Assembly (NCBI GenBank): GCA_964187785.1
Contig: OZ076419.1
Location: 9,486,001-9,550,000 of the forward strand
Direction: 5' to 3'
Length of the DNA stretch: 64,000 nucleotides
DNA from: Amphiscolops sp. MND2022
Lineage: Eukaryota
Shown here: positions 26,855 through 39,054 of the stretch, piece by piece
How the letters are laid out: every line of letters starts with the position of its first letter
Numbering within the stretch: position 1 is the stretch's first letter
Translations under genes and position numbers: made by a program
Notes under the pieces: generated by a model
What the model saw: only the letters and a program-made list of their open reading frames with translations
Databases searched by the model: none
What the model was told of the DNA's origin: nothing

Positions 26855-27310
26855 TCACCGAAGCAATCAACCATTCGGGATCCAAATCTCCACAGGAAGA
26901 CATCAAGGTTCTTTTTGTGATCAAATGAGGACGCCGTGAAAACGAAATTTGGTCACTCAGAGACTGACGTCATACATGAGTTGAAGCTGCAAAGCATATA
27001 TTGAAAAGATTTGGACCAATTAGGTATTAGAAAGCGTTCACGTCACCATTACAGATCACATTATTTAACATTGAATCAACCCAGAAAAATGCAACAGATT
27101 GTTAACCGCATTTAAAATATCACAAGAAAACTCTCTGCTCTGTTTTTTTCTAATTTTGATTCAAAATTGTTTTGGAATGCATATGAAATTTGGGAATAAT
27201 TTCGATTTGAATTTTGGTATCTCCAGGAGGCAATTCTTAGTTGCCCCCAATTGATGACAAATTGTTCCAGCAACCATTGAGAAGAATGTTGAGAATAATT
27301 CATTATTTTT

Positions 27311-29096
27311 TTGGGTTCTTTCAAATATTATCTTTTCCAGTGCGGAATGGATACTTTGGAGAATGTTATGCGCGATACCGATTGGGAAAACGATTTTGAT
27401 TCAGATTCTTCCGACATCGAAGAATACTTTCCTGGCTTTTCTCAATTCGAGGATCAACTAAATGTATCTATATCGACAAGCGATCTTATGGATCAGTGTG
27501 CCGATTTATTTGACTTTGATGACGAAGAATTATCAGCTGTGTTTGGGGAAAACTCCGACGATAACTTTACGCTTTCGGAATTAATTCCACCAAAGAAGAA
27601 GAAACGCGAACCCGGAAGATAGAGTGTCTGGAAACATGACAATGAACTTATAGTTCCAGATAATCCTTGGCTGCGCGTTGACAAATATGAAGAAGCATTG
27701 GAGCAATTAGGCAAGAAATACCTCATCGCGCGTTTTGCAGACTACTTACCACTCGAATTCATTGACTCAATGGTTGAATATACAGGTGGAGCCGCTAAAA
27801 CGGAGCATAATTTAACCTCAACCTTCCAAATATGCTTCGATTCATAGCTTTGTCAATTCGCACGAGCATTTATCGGCTTCTTTCTTCGAAACACTACTTC
27901 TCAAACACATTTGGAGATGTGGGAGCAAAAAAACAACAAAGACAAGGCAACCTTTTTCAAAATAAGGGCAAAATTGAAAAGCATTTGGGATTCTGACATT
28001 CCAATCGAGCAGAAGAAAATGGTTCCGCTCTGGAAGGTACGCCCAATTATGGAGTCCGTGCGGTCAGCGATGCTTTCTGTACCAGTCCCACCAGATAATG
28101 TTTGTATCGACGAGCAAAACCTTTCGTTTACATGTGGAATGACAAATAAAGTTGCGATCAAATAACTAAGCCCCACCATGCGGGCCTGAAATTGTACCAT
28201 CAGGTACTATTCTCAATTTCGTTCCATATTGTGGGAGTCGCACATACTCTAAGCAATTCGAGGAAATGCCACAGTGACAAGCCGCAGTCCTGTCGCTGTG
28301 TGAGAAAGTTGAGAGAGACTGCAATTGTTTTCTGGACAGGTTCTTCACAGGTCTCAGAGTCGTGAAGGCTCTTCTTGTCGACGGAATTTTTGTAACTGGT
28401 ACGGTACAGCGAAATCGGATACCTCGAGGGTTACGAGACAAACTGTCGTTGGAAAACGTCGAAAGGAGTTCCAGTTAACAGCGAATCAACCATTGGCTTG
28501 ACATCTTGGAAAGATAGCAAAAATGTGCTGGTTCCCAGCTCTCGACATACAAAGGCCCCCGAAACAACTTGGAAAAGCTGGGTCAAAGGCCAGAAGTGCA
28601 AGAGTTTTCCACAGCCTCAAACGGTAGCAGCGTATAATGCCAACATGGGTGGAGTTGACTTGACATACAGAATGTTGGCCCTGTATCCTCATTGGGCATA
28701 CCGTACAAACAAGTGGACCGTGAGAGTTATTCTTCACTTTTTCATTGTTGTTACAACAAACACTTGGTTCGAAAAGGTCAAAACCACTACAGTCTTTGAC
28801 CATGCTCGCCTTCTCTATGACGAAGTTCTAGCCCGTTTGAAGCAACTGGAACAAACGCAGGACATTCTCTCATCCGATATGAACAGTGTTTGCCTAACAC
28901 CTTCAAGGGCAAACCGAATTTCGGATGGACATTCGCCCCAACGTTCTGGAAAAAAAACGCCAGTCGATGCAGATATGAGGATGCAAACAAGAAATCATGC
29001 GGTGGAAAGTCTCGTTGGACTTGCATGAAATGCGAAGTACCGTTGTGTTTGAACGAACGCAAAAACTGTTTCCAACTTTTCCATCTGAGCAAATAA
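27311..29096 (+). pseudogene. piggyBac-family transposase, decayed
   Basis: Acidic N-terminus (27311-27622); PLWKVRP...VCIDEQ (27911-28165); FLDRFFT...GTVQRNR (~28330-28420); WKDSKNV, YNANMGGVDL, KWTVRVILHFF (28498-29028); C-terminal Cys-rich domain RCRY...CGGKSRWTCMKCEVPLC...CFQLFH (28890-29096). Confidence 0.9.
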
Positions 29097-29201
29097 AATG
29101 TTTTTTTTTGGTTGAAGAGGATATCTTGCCATGATACGGAAGAGAAACTGAAAATTGTTTGCCCAACGTGTTTTGTTGGGTAAAAGCTTTTGGGTACCAA
29201 A

Positions 29202-31637
29202 CAGTGTTGGGAAAGATCATATTGTCACTGCAATATATTGCCAATCATACAAATAAATAATATATTGGTAGATTTTTCCAGAACCAATAATATTGACAAT
29301 TTATTGGATTATGGGCATTATATTGAACAATACTATAGATGGAGAAGTTTATTAATCTGAGCAGACACAGCATTGAAAACAGTTCTCAAGCAAAGCTACT
29401 TGAGAAATCAGTTGTGACAAAGTCGTGACCAATCGAATTTCAGCATTTGTTTGCGTTGTTTCAAACTTTGTGACTACAAAACTCTCCCTTTTGCAAAACG
29501 TGTACACTGTTAAAATGACCCTGAGTAGCTGATTCACTGAGAATTAAATGATTAAATTCACCGGCAAGCAAATATCTGACTTTTATTTCCATGTCATGGA
29601 TGAATGGAAGTCTCCTGTGATTAAATTTGAATACAGTTGCAAGAAAACAAGAACTCAAATAATCTTGTCAGGGTACTCCAATCTGGTATCTCATGACAAA
29701 GAGAGGCATCCTGATTGTTTACAGCGTATGCAACAAACTTTAAACACAACCAGTACCGATAGAACTATTCAAATGCAATCTCAAATATTGTGCGTGCCCA
29801 AGCAGGCTTCCACTTTATATTCGTGGTTAGAGTGGACAACAGTGGACAACAACCCTTTATCATCTTGTGAGAAAACTCTTGTTAAAAAATTTTCAAAGTT
29901 AGAGCCAGTTTTTTCAAATATGGCAAATTTGTCGAACTGGTAACTCGAAAAGTGGAAACAACGAAGCAAAAAGTTGCCCGGTTCATTGGAAGTAGTCCTT
30001 GATAGTTGGACTCACGGAGAAACGCATTAAGTGGGCCGTTTTGCAGTTTATCCGTATCCAGCAAACGCCAAACAGGCTGCAGCTCTTTTATTGGCCTTTT
30101 CGCCTCTGCTTAATGAACAAGATTTAACAGCTTCAAGCCACTAAGATTTCATAAAGGCTAGTCTGAAGGAAGTTTATCATTGCAAAATTGACCAAATAAA
30201 CTTTTTAGTAGGAGATACTTGCCCTATGAACAAAAGCTTGTAAGCCTTTCTCGGTGGGCCTTTATTTTACTGTTCTTCACACGGGTTAAATATTGCATTG
30301 AAAAACTACTGGAAACTGAAGACAGCGATGACGTTATAGACAACGTGCGAAAACTAATGGCGAAACGGAGGGATTTAAAAAACGCTGCTAAACTACGGAA
30401 AAATGCGATATCGTTGAATAATGACTGTATAAACTGGTGGAACTCAAACCATCGCATGTTGGTGAGATATTTCGAGATTTTACCATTTCTGGATTTTTCT
30501 GATACGGATATTGCTCGTCCGACGATCACCCCGGGTGAGAACATGAAGATGAAAAAGTTGATTTCTGCTTTATAAAAAGTTGAATCTGTTACGTTGAAAT
30601 TTCAAGGAGAAGATTTGGACCTAGTATCTGCACCGATTTTTTTGATGAGCTCATTAAAGAGTTTCCACAGACGGGGGAGCACATTTGAAAAGAAAAAACG
30701 CGAAAGTTGTTTATAGCCCCAACAATGAAAACGCTCTCGTCAAAAGGCGGCTCGAGGAGAAAGACCATTTGACAAATGTTGAAAAAAAAAACGAACTACA
30801 ATGCTTTGCCGTTAACTCGCATGAACTTTGTGCCAAAATAACTCAGCTAGTAATTTCTCATTCGCTGATAAAGTTTTATGAACACAAAAAGTCTCAAGAA
30901 ACATCCTATCAGCTGCTGAATATCACACCAGCTACTTCGAATATGGTCGACACACTTTTCAGTGGGGCTAAATCAATGAATACCGACCAAAAAACCACCT
31001 TTCCCCTGTCATGTTCGAAAAAATATTGTTTTTGAAGCATAACAAAAATATTGGGGAGTTTCCGCAGTTTCCGAATTGTTCTCGGAAGCAGGTGCTCGAA
31101 AAAGAAAGACACCAGAGGAAGAAGTACACACAATTAATTAGTCAAGCAAAGAACCAGTGGTTTTCTGAATAATGCACGGGCGGGGAAGAATCCAACGTGA
31201 ATAACCAGGAAAAACAATAATTCAATGCCATAATCCTATATTGGGATATACTGTTGGATTTCTACTTACTAGTTATCTTCTTTCTGTTGCAAAATTTTGT
31301 CTGTTTTGTTTTTATTTCAGTTATATTTTATGTTTTTCAATGTTATGGACTTGAGACATTTGATGATAATAAAGATTTCTCAAGCGTTTGTATGTTTATA
31401 CAAGTTAAGCGGACCGAAACAAAAGCATCGAGCAACTTTTTCTTAAAAGAATTGCAATTTTCAATATTTGCGCTTCTAGTCGATGTAAACTAAACGAATG
31501 CGTGTATTGATAGGACTATTAAACCAATATAATATTTTTATGGCAAAGTATTATTGTCTAGGTATTTGTAAACCAAAAGAATACTGTTTGAAATTATTAC
31601 TACCAACTCTATTGCAATATATTTATTCCGAACACTG
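29202..31637 (+). mobile_element. hAT-superfamily DNA transposon (2436 bp) with TIRs, 8-bp TSD and a decayed transposase
   Basis: TIRs CAGTGTTGGGAA (29202) and TTCCGAACACTG (ending 31637), 11/12 match. TSD GTACCAAA (29194-29201) versus GTACCGAA (31638-31645). Transposase remnants GYSNLVSH...H, STLYSWLEW, LLAFSPL, FLVGDTCPMN, CSSHGLNIA, PATSNMVDTLFS. Subterminal CAATAT repeats. Confidence 0.9.
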
Positions 31638-31779
31638 GTACCGAATGTCCTCATTTGAGGACTTGCCGGGGGCATTTTTGGCAATAATAAACTTCCGGTT
31701 TTCCGGTTTTTGACCTAAAAATTACTCATGGATGAGGAGATCAAAAATTCCTAGCGCTGTCAACAGTCACTCAATTTTA

Positions 31780-32175
31780 AAAAGTCTGTCGAGGGTATAA
31801 GAGACTATAGAGTTGTCGACGATTCTAAAGATCGTTTTATGGTCAAAAAGAAAGTTAATCAACACTGTTTTCTGACTGATTGCAATCGATATTTTAACGT
31901 CCGTATGTTTTCAGAACATTCAAATAATATAAATGAAGCATCAAAAAGATCATAATAATCTTTGTCAATAAGGGGACACAACAATACTAAAAATATCAAG
32001 GCCTTTCTCAAGGTTATTTTAACTAATTCAGAGAAACATTTAATTCTTATTTCCAAAATACCAAAGAGTCGAAGTGACCGGGATCCGAACCACTGATCTC
32101 CTGTTTACGATATTAGAGCCGTAACCACTTTGCTACCGAGCTGTTGAAACAATCAAGTTTGTTTTTACTTTTAAT
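31780..32175 (-). mobile_element. tRNA-derived SINE-like repeat, copy 2 (tRNA-like head 32074-32141)
   Basis: Homologous to 19290-19720, with A- and B-box-like motifs on the minus strand. Confidence 0.65.
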
Positions 32176-32235
32176 CTTACCAAATGCTTGTCAACAAATT
32201 AGATACATTTAGCGTTCAAGATACATACTTCATTA

Positions 32236-32420
32236 CAGTGCATAGACAAGCTTTTTCTGGCCTTTTTGCGGAAACCACGACAAGGATTTGCGGAATCCAT
32301 GACACGCTTACAGAATTCCAATCTCTTTGATGTTTGCGGAATCTAAGAAAAGCCCTTCCTTTGATGTTGCGGAAAGTAAGAAAATCTTACTTTCCGCAAA
32401 TTCAAATCTCGGATTCCACG
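32236..32420 (+). repeat. Left TIR and subterminal GYGGAA repeats
   Basis: TIR followed by ttgcggaaacc, ttgcggaatcc, ttgcggaatct, ttgcggaaagt, ctttccgcaa and gattccacgg. Confidence 0.85.
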
Positions 32421-33243
32421 GAAAAATTTAATGAGCCAATTAACCGTCTTGGACTCAATTATCTATCTTAGATTCGGCAATTGAAACTGGTCCTCAATTT
32501 AATCTCTTGGACTCCGCAAAAAATTCTAGTCTCCTCAAATTACACCCTAGCCTATTCTGAGAATCCTAGATCCCTGGATCTCCTTAAAAGACCTAAGATT
32601 GGTACCAAATAGTATTTTCGAGAGTTTTAATGTGATTATGTTGGTATTGAATTTCTTTTTTGAAGAACTTTTGAAATGATGGAAACCCTTGATTGGGACC
32701 AAATAGTTTTAGTGTGATTATGTTTGTATTGAAGTTCTTTTTATGAAGAACTTTTGAAATTATGGAAACCCTTGATTGGGACCAAATAGTTTTATACGGT
32801 ACATAAATGATTTAAAGGTTTTTTGGAATATTTTTGATTTTATGTAGATAGTATTTATCTGTAGATATCCACATAAATTTATCATTTTTGAATTAAATTG
32901 GATTTGAATTAAATTCATTAGTTACAACACATTTTGAGCAAAGAGTTGAAGAAAGTCCAAATTATCTTTATCGACACTGGATTAGGATTCCTTGTTTTTC
33001 TAATCAAAGAACCTATATTTTGTAACTTGTTCAACTCAAAATTGGTACCAAAATGTTTATTTTCCATTCTGAAACAATTCAGAAATTCCTTGATTCGGCC
33101 CCAAATGGAAATTCGAAACAACATTACAAAATAGTAATAAATCAAAAGTGTTTGAAAATGTTTTGAACAAAAGTTTGATGAAAAAGTCCTCAAAAGATGG
33201 AAAGTTTCATTCCGGAAAGTATTCTTGGCTGTATACTTGGTCG

Positions 33244-33870
33244 TCATTGCAAGTTTGTTCCTTCGCTGAACTCAGAGCGGGCAACCGGATCTTCATAATC
33301 AAACCTTAAATGCTCGAAGGGTTTGATTGGTTTGATAGCCCGGAGAACAACAACGCGTTGGTTTGGCTCTGCAAAAAGTTGAATGTCTGTCGACTTCATG
33401 TTCGCTTCAGCAACAGAGTGATTGGCCAGTCGACCCATGCATCTGTTCTCTGGGTGAACGGGGCACACTTCTGCAGTTGCATTTATGATTCTTCGGCCAG
33501 GGCCTTTAACTTCCAGGCAGTATTCGCGTTTGACGCCCTCGGTTGCCGAAACTTCTTCCATGGTCTTTTTGGTGAAAACTTGGCCATGGTAGTCGATGAC
33601 CACTTCATTTCTAATGAATTCGCGGGTGGCGACGAGTCCCCTGCCAAAATTCGCGAATACTGTTTGGGTGACTCCTGGCCAGCTTTGGGTTCTGGCTCTT
33701 TCAATGAGCAGGGATTGATCCTCATAGTCCATGTTCCCTGCCATTCCTTTAAAAATTATCTTCTGGATTCCACTGTTCTTCCTCTTAGGGGTACTTGTAA
33801 TCATAGCAAGAACTGGGAGATGAACTTTTTTGATGTCGAGGTTTGAATCATCAGTGGTCCACTTCTGGCG
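33244..33870 (-). CDS. SET-domain histone lysine methyltransferase, SETD8/PR-Set7-like (last exon, intact)
   Basis: Motifs FGRGLVATREF, VIDYHG, MGRLANHS and HLRFDY. Acceptor ttttttccag at 33871 in phase 0, matching the upstream donor CAA|GTACTA at 34197. Confidence 0.9.
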   Translation of the reverse strand, partial: RQKWTTDDSNLDIKKVHLPVLAMITSTPKRKNSGIQKIIFKGMAGNMDYEDQSLLIERARTQSWPGVTQTVFANFGRGLVATREFIRNEVVIDYHGQVFTKKTMEEVSATEGVKREYCLEVKGPGRRIINATAEVCPVHPENRCMGRLANHSVAEANMKSTDIQLFAEPNQRVVVLRAIKPIKPFEHLRFDYEDPVARSEFSEGTNLQ

Positions 33871-34197
33871 CTGGAAAAAACAGTTCGTATGATAATACAG
33901 AAAATAAGACCATATCTTTGAACACGTGTCGTTGAAACCAAATATAAATATTGAAACATTGCTAAATTCTACTCAAAAAGGTACTCCTAAATTTCGAAAA
34001 AAATATTCTAGATTTTTTTCGTTTGTTTTGACGAAGTTTATTCAAATATCAGAATCAAAAATCTAAATAGAAAATTCGAAGCATTTGATGTGAGCAGAAA
34101 CTTGAAAATGTAGTGCCCAAAATACAAAAATTTTCTCGGATAACACTTGATTGGAACCAGAATAGTAAAATCAGAATCGACATCTTTAAAATAGTAC

Positions 34198-35150
34198 TTG
34201 GAAAAATCCGTTCAGGCGTCCTTCCATTGTAGCGAGGTCTACCTTGCCATTGACGTGCTTGAAGAAAGCAGAAGCACGCGCTGCTTGGCGAGCATACCGC
34301 TGGCGGTCTTGGTGTTTCCTCACAGCCAACTTTACGGTTTCGAAGTCAAATGTGTTGTCGAGTATTGTGGAATACACCTCGTTTGCCTAGACTTTCAGCT
34401 TTGGCAGCACGATGTCTGGGTTATTCGCAATTGGCAACATGCTGTGAAGGTGGCGTTCCAAGTTCCATAAAGGACTACAAGTGTTTTTGAGTACCTGTTA
34501 TAATAAGTTGCGAAATACCGTGGAAATAAACGTTTTCAGTACCTGTTAAAATGAGTTATTAACATTGTTCGTTTGAACTGAATTGAAGCTTTTAAATTGG
34601 TTTTGATACATACCGAATCCATATATTGGTCGACAACATGGCTGGGCCTAAAATTTGACTTGCCATTAGAGTTGACAAAAAACACCTCTGTTTGAATGGC
34701 CCGGTCATCTGTCTCGCTGATTGATCGTTCGAATTTCGTGCTTTCACCTCCGCTCAGGAAATCACTCCGCACAGTGCTGTAATTCATCATCCCTTCTAGC
34801 AACCATCGTGGGACATTGTACGTGGTCTTCTGAGCACATCGCTCAGCAACATCAATTTCGAGGGCAAACTGGTCCATCGCTTCGTCCGATTCCTTCATTA
34901 AAATAACCGATTGGACAACTGCATGAACTGTGATCATGCTGAGCTCCCGGTCCAGCAACTCAAGGAAAATCAAAAGATATGCCAGGAGACTCCGAAAGAA
35001 ATCGATCTGAACTTTCTTTGTAGCCTCGATTTTCTTCCGGCATCTTCGCACATTGTCTTCTATTGTCCATTTCAGGTAGGACCCGACCGACTCGATTTTA
35101 TACTCCGGCTTCTTCTTCTTGCATGGGATGGCACTCTGTTGAACACATAC
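34198..35150 (-). pseudogene. Upstream exons of the SET gene; tyrosine-recombinase-like domain, degenerate
   Basis: ORF 34536-35051 contains LLAYLL...RELSMIT, CAQKTT, MNYSTVR, FFVNSNGK and SIQFKRTMLIT, reminiscent of Crypton-like YR folds. Donor AACAG|GTACTG at ~34541. The next exon has an in-frame TAG at ~34387, and no catalytic Tyr was identified. Confidence 0.4.
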
Positions 35151-35619
35151 TGTTTAGAATACAGATAATTCGTTTGAATGTTTTTTCAAGGATTATTGTG
35201 GATTGTCTTGGTTTCCACGAAATGAATATGAACTTTGAATTTCTGTGAAAACAAATGCGGAAAACAAGACCATATCTATATACACATGTCGTGGAAACCA
35301 AATACATATGATAAAACATTGCTGTATTCCACTCGAAGGGGAATACATTATCTTGTACTCATACTTTTTGTTTTTTTTTTAAACAGAATTTCTCATTTAA
35401 TTTCATGCAATTTGATCAAAGATCAAGATCAAAACGTTAAGTAGAAAATACTGAGTCATCAGATGTGAGAAGAAGCTAGAAAATGAGTCTCAAAGAAAAC
35501 GAAATTTTTCTCCCATTACCCTTGATTGGAACAAAAATTATAAAATTCCTTGAAACCCTTGATTGGAACAAGAATTATGAAATCCTATGAAACCCTTGAT
35601 TTTAACAAGAGTTATAAAA

Positions 35620-36177
35620 TCAAAGCCGACATTTCCTTTTCACACACAAAAGTAATACCTTTTCACACACAGGCATTTCACGTGGACGTTTCAGTTGATC
35701 AGGGCTCGCAGGCTGGTGGGCAGGAAACGGTGTGTTGATTGGCCTTGTTGGCGGTGAGTTTAGTATGAGTTCCTGACTCCCACTCGATGCACACTCGGTC
35801 ATGATGCCATCCTCGTTAATTGAAAACATGACCGTTGATTGTGCCGATTCAAAACACGGAGAGGGGGTAAGTTGGTTCGGGGACTTGGTCGGAGTTCCAG
35901 GCTGTGCCAACGTGTTTTCGAACAATCCAGTTGGGGTTTGCATTTGGCTGAACGAAGTAGGGGTCAAATTAGTCAATTCCCGAAAAGGTGTGCTATGCAT
36001 ATGAGAAATTGGTAATGGTTGCAAAGTTTGAAAAGTCTTATTTGGATCCATTTCAAGTGAAGTTGTATGCAGATGAGAGACTTGACTTCCAGAAAAATTT
36101 GAAATAATGATTTTACAAATCAAGTTATTTCTCAATTGAATTGGCACGTGTTGACACCCTGCTGATCCGGATGTCAA
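35620..36177 (-). CDS. S/T/P-rich low-complexity ORF, probable 5' exon of the YR-SET gene
   Basis: 185-aa ORF on the same strand, ending near a donor AAG|GTATTA at ~35655. The exon phase was not reconciled with the next exon. Confidence 0.4.
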   Translation of the reverse strand: MTSGSAGCQHVPIQLRNNLICKIIISNFSGSQVSHLHTTSLEMDPNKTFQTLQPLPISHMHSTPFRELTNLTPTSFSQMQTPTGLFENTLAQPGTPTKSPNQLTPSPCFESAQSTVMFSINEDGIMTECASSGSQELILNSPPTRPINTPFPAHQPASPDQLKRPREMPVCEKVLLLCVKRKCRL

Positions 36178-36528
36178 TCATAATTAAAGAAGAATTGACA
36201 CCTTCAATTATCCATAGGTATTTTCGAGTACTTAATTCACTTAATTAGAATTAGCTGTTCTATAATACCTCTTGGTATTCGCGGTTTCGTCAATCATAGT
36301 TGATGAAATGACACCTTCAATTATTCATAGGTATTATCGAATACTCATTTCACTCAATTAGAACCTAAGACGCAATTAAGAGGTGCAATTACCATTTTCT
36401 GGTGAAAATTGCAATTAGTAAGGTGTAATTATTGGTGACTGACATCAGGTATAGACATCAGGTATAGACAATCGAACATTTGTATCATCGTTTCACCCGG
36501 GTAAAACTATCATCCTTAATCATCAAAA

Positions 36529-37825
36529 ATGCTTCTTCAAATTTTTTCCGAGAATGAAATTGTCCAGATTTTGGATCCTGCTACCTTCAATTTGGGAGTC
36601 AGCAAAGATCATTGCATTTATCAATGATTGGTGTGTCAGAATCAAATGGGTTGACTGGTCGTCCAAGAAGAAGGAAGACATTGCTGTTCCCGAAAAAGAT
36701 CGATCAGAAAGAAATTGTTGGAATATCAGGAAATCGCAGCGACTTGTTCTCGAGACAACGCAAAGGAGACGATCTACGCCACTTGTCTTCAACGCTTGCA
36801 GACTGGTCAGAAGCGATCAGGTCTACTTTTGGCAACCAGAGTGTGATTGCGTGGATACTGATAGATGCCGTGATGATCGTTGCTGTGGCTCAGTTGTGAT
36901 GGGCAGTGTAAAAATAAATGATCCTTTCATTAATCAGTGCCTAGTAACAGACGTGGAAGGCAATGATGTGTTTGTATCATATCGCCAACTACGAAACAAA
37001 CCTTGTTCCAGAGAGACTAATCCTGATAATGAAAATGATGAAGATGGAGATTCAGAGTCTGAATCTGCCCGCCCACCAATTCGGAAACAAGCTCGTGTGA
37101 CTTTCGCCCCTCAGCCCCAGCCACAAATGGAAATCATCTCTTTACTCTCAAGTGTTGATGATGACGTTGACTTGACTTACGTTCCATGTGCCAATGATAT
37201 AATTAAGGTTGGATCCATTGCAGCATATGCCGACGACGATTTTGAGATCAAGCGACTTTTTTATGACCACCAAAGGAAAAAAGCATTTGCATCCATGCAG
37301 AGTAGAATCGATCCCGACATTGAAGTGCGAATACCGTCAAATCGAATCGTCAGCAAATCATCCTCCAAAGGCGAAGTGATGGACTTCAATTCCATAACTG
37401 AGCCAATTGACCAAGCGTTTGCTTTGTTTTTGGCTATAAAGCGAATTGTGGGTCTCTCTAAAAATAAACATTCGATTACTGCAACATTGGTTCCCTGCAC
37501 CCCATTGACAAAGAAATTATGTGGCTTCGAAACCAACAATTGCAAAGAAGCTGTTAAATACAGTGTCACGAACAAAGAGGGAATGAGATGGTGTAACGGT
37601 ACGTGGGACAATGTACTGGGTAGAATGTGGGATTTGATCCCATGTTATTCAAGTGATGGAGAAGACGTCCTCATCAAGACAATGAGATTCACCGAAAATC
37701 GTGAATTCGGGATGTTCACAATTCGTGTCCAGATCTTAACAACACAAGGTCACTACAAAACGAGCTGCCTATATAAAGAACTCTCTCAGAATGTTCCTTC
37801 ATCAACCTCAAATGCGACACTTTGA
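36529..37825 (+). CDS. Protein with an N-terminal Tudor/chromo-barrel-like domain and further beta-barrel-like segments (one frameshift near 36585)
   Basis: 423-aa ORF 36554-37825. Removing one T at ~36586 joins it to ATG 36529, giving FSENEIVQILDPATSIWESAKIIAFINDWCVRIKWVDW, a Tudor-knot-like pattern. Confidence 0.5.
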
Positions 37826-39054
37826 AAATGAAAGAATGAGATGTTCAAAAACACTTTGAAAACTTTTCGATATACTTTCTGTGTCACTTTTGATAATTTA
37901 TGATCGTAAATTATGAGAATATTTTGTTGATGAGAAAATATTTTTTTCAACCTCAATTGGAACCAAAATGAAATCTCGGTTTCTACGAAATTATAGTTTG
38001 TCTTGGTTTCCACGAAATGCATTGTAAAAATTCAATTGCTCTGAGAACGAATGCGGAAAACAAGACCATATTTTTAAACACATGTCGTGGAAACCGAATA
38101 CCTATCTTAAAACATTGTTGAATTTCACTCAAAGGGGTATACTCATGATTTTTCAGAAAAAAACCATGTGTTTGTTTTCACTTATTTCGATCAAGGTAAT
38201 CAACTGTTATTCACATGTCAATATAAAAAGGTATGAAACAGTTCTGAGTCCTGCTATGTTGGAAAAAATCTTTGGAAAGAAGTTTTGAAATGGACTCTTT
38301 TTCACCTCTTTATATACAAAACATCACTTTTTCGTCCTCAAAACGACTAGAAAACATCTGTTAAGAAAGATGGTTTCATAAAACATTCAAAAAATGGCTT
38401 TTTGCCCATTCAAAGTATAAAATTGGTTTCTCTATTGTAGACTGAAATGTACTTCTTGAACAGTCAGAACGACCCATAATTGGAACCAAAATTTCAATGA
38501 ATCAGAGTCGAGTTGAAAACCTTCCATGCGACCAGAGACTCCGAAAGAGAAATAATTTTCATTGGAAAAACAATTATTCATGATGGGATCACTTAAAATG
38601 TGGATATTAGGAAACCTATCAGATTGTCCTGGTTTCCACGGAATTCATCGTGAAATTTCAATTGCTCTGAGAACGAATGCGGAAAATAGGACCATATCTT
38701 TATACACATGTCGTGGAAACCAAATACATATCTTAAAACCTTGCGGAATTTCACCCAAAGGGGTGTACTCATGAATTATTTTAAAAAACCCTTGATTTTT
38801 TTCACTTATTTCAATCAAGATCAAATGTCATTCGAAAATCATTGTAAAAAGGTAAAAGCAATTCTGAGTCCTTATATGTGAGAAAAAAGCTTGGAAATTA
38901 GGTCCTAAAATTGGACTCATTTTCAACTCACGATTTGACACTCAATTAAATTATGACTTATTGCCTCAAATCATGGACTCAAAATACAGACTCAAATAAA
39001 TGATAAGCAGCCACACCAAAGTTTTACATTCTAATTTAATTTCACTATCTAGAC

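Noticed and set aside
26860-31760. piggyBac terminal inverted repeats with TTAA TSD
   Set aside because: Only short partial inverted matches were found; no TTAA-CCC...GGG-TTAA pair.
32234-32270. Full RAG recombination signal sequence
   Set aside because: TACAGTG resembles the heptamer, but no ACAAAAACC-like nonamer lies 12 or 23 bp inward at either end.
32918-33247. 109-aa minus-strand ORF after the SET gene, and the many other 60-110-aa ORFs in AT-rich or antisense frames
   Set aside because: No motifs; these are consistent with chance ORFs or shadows of TE coding regions.
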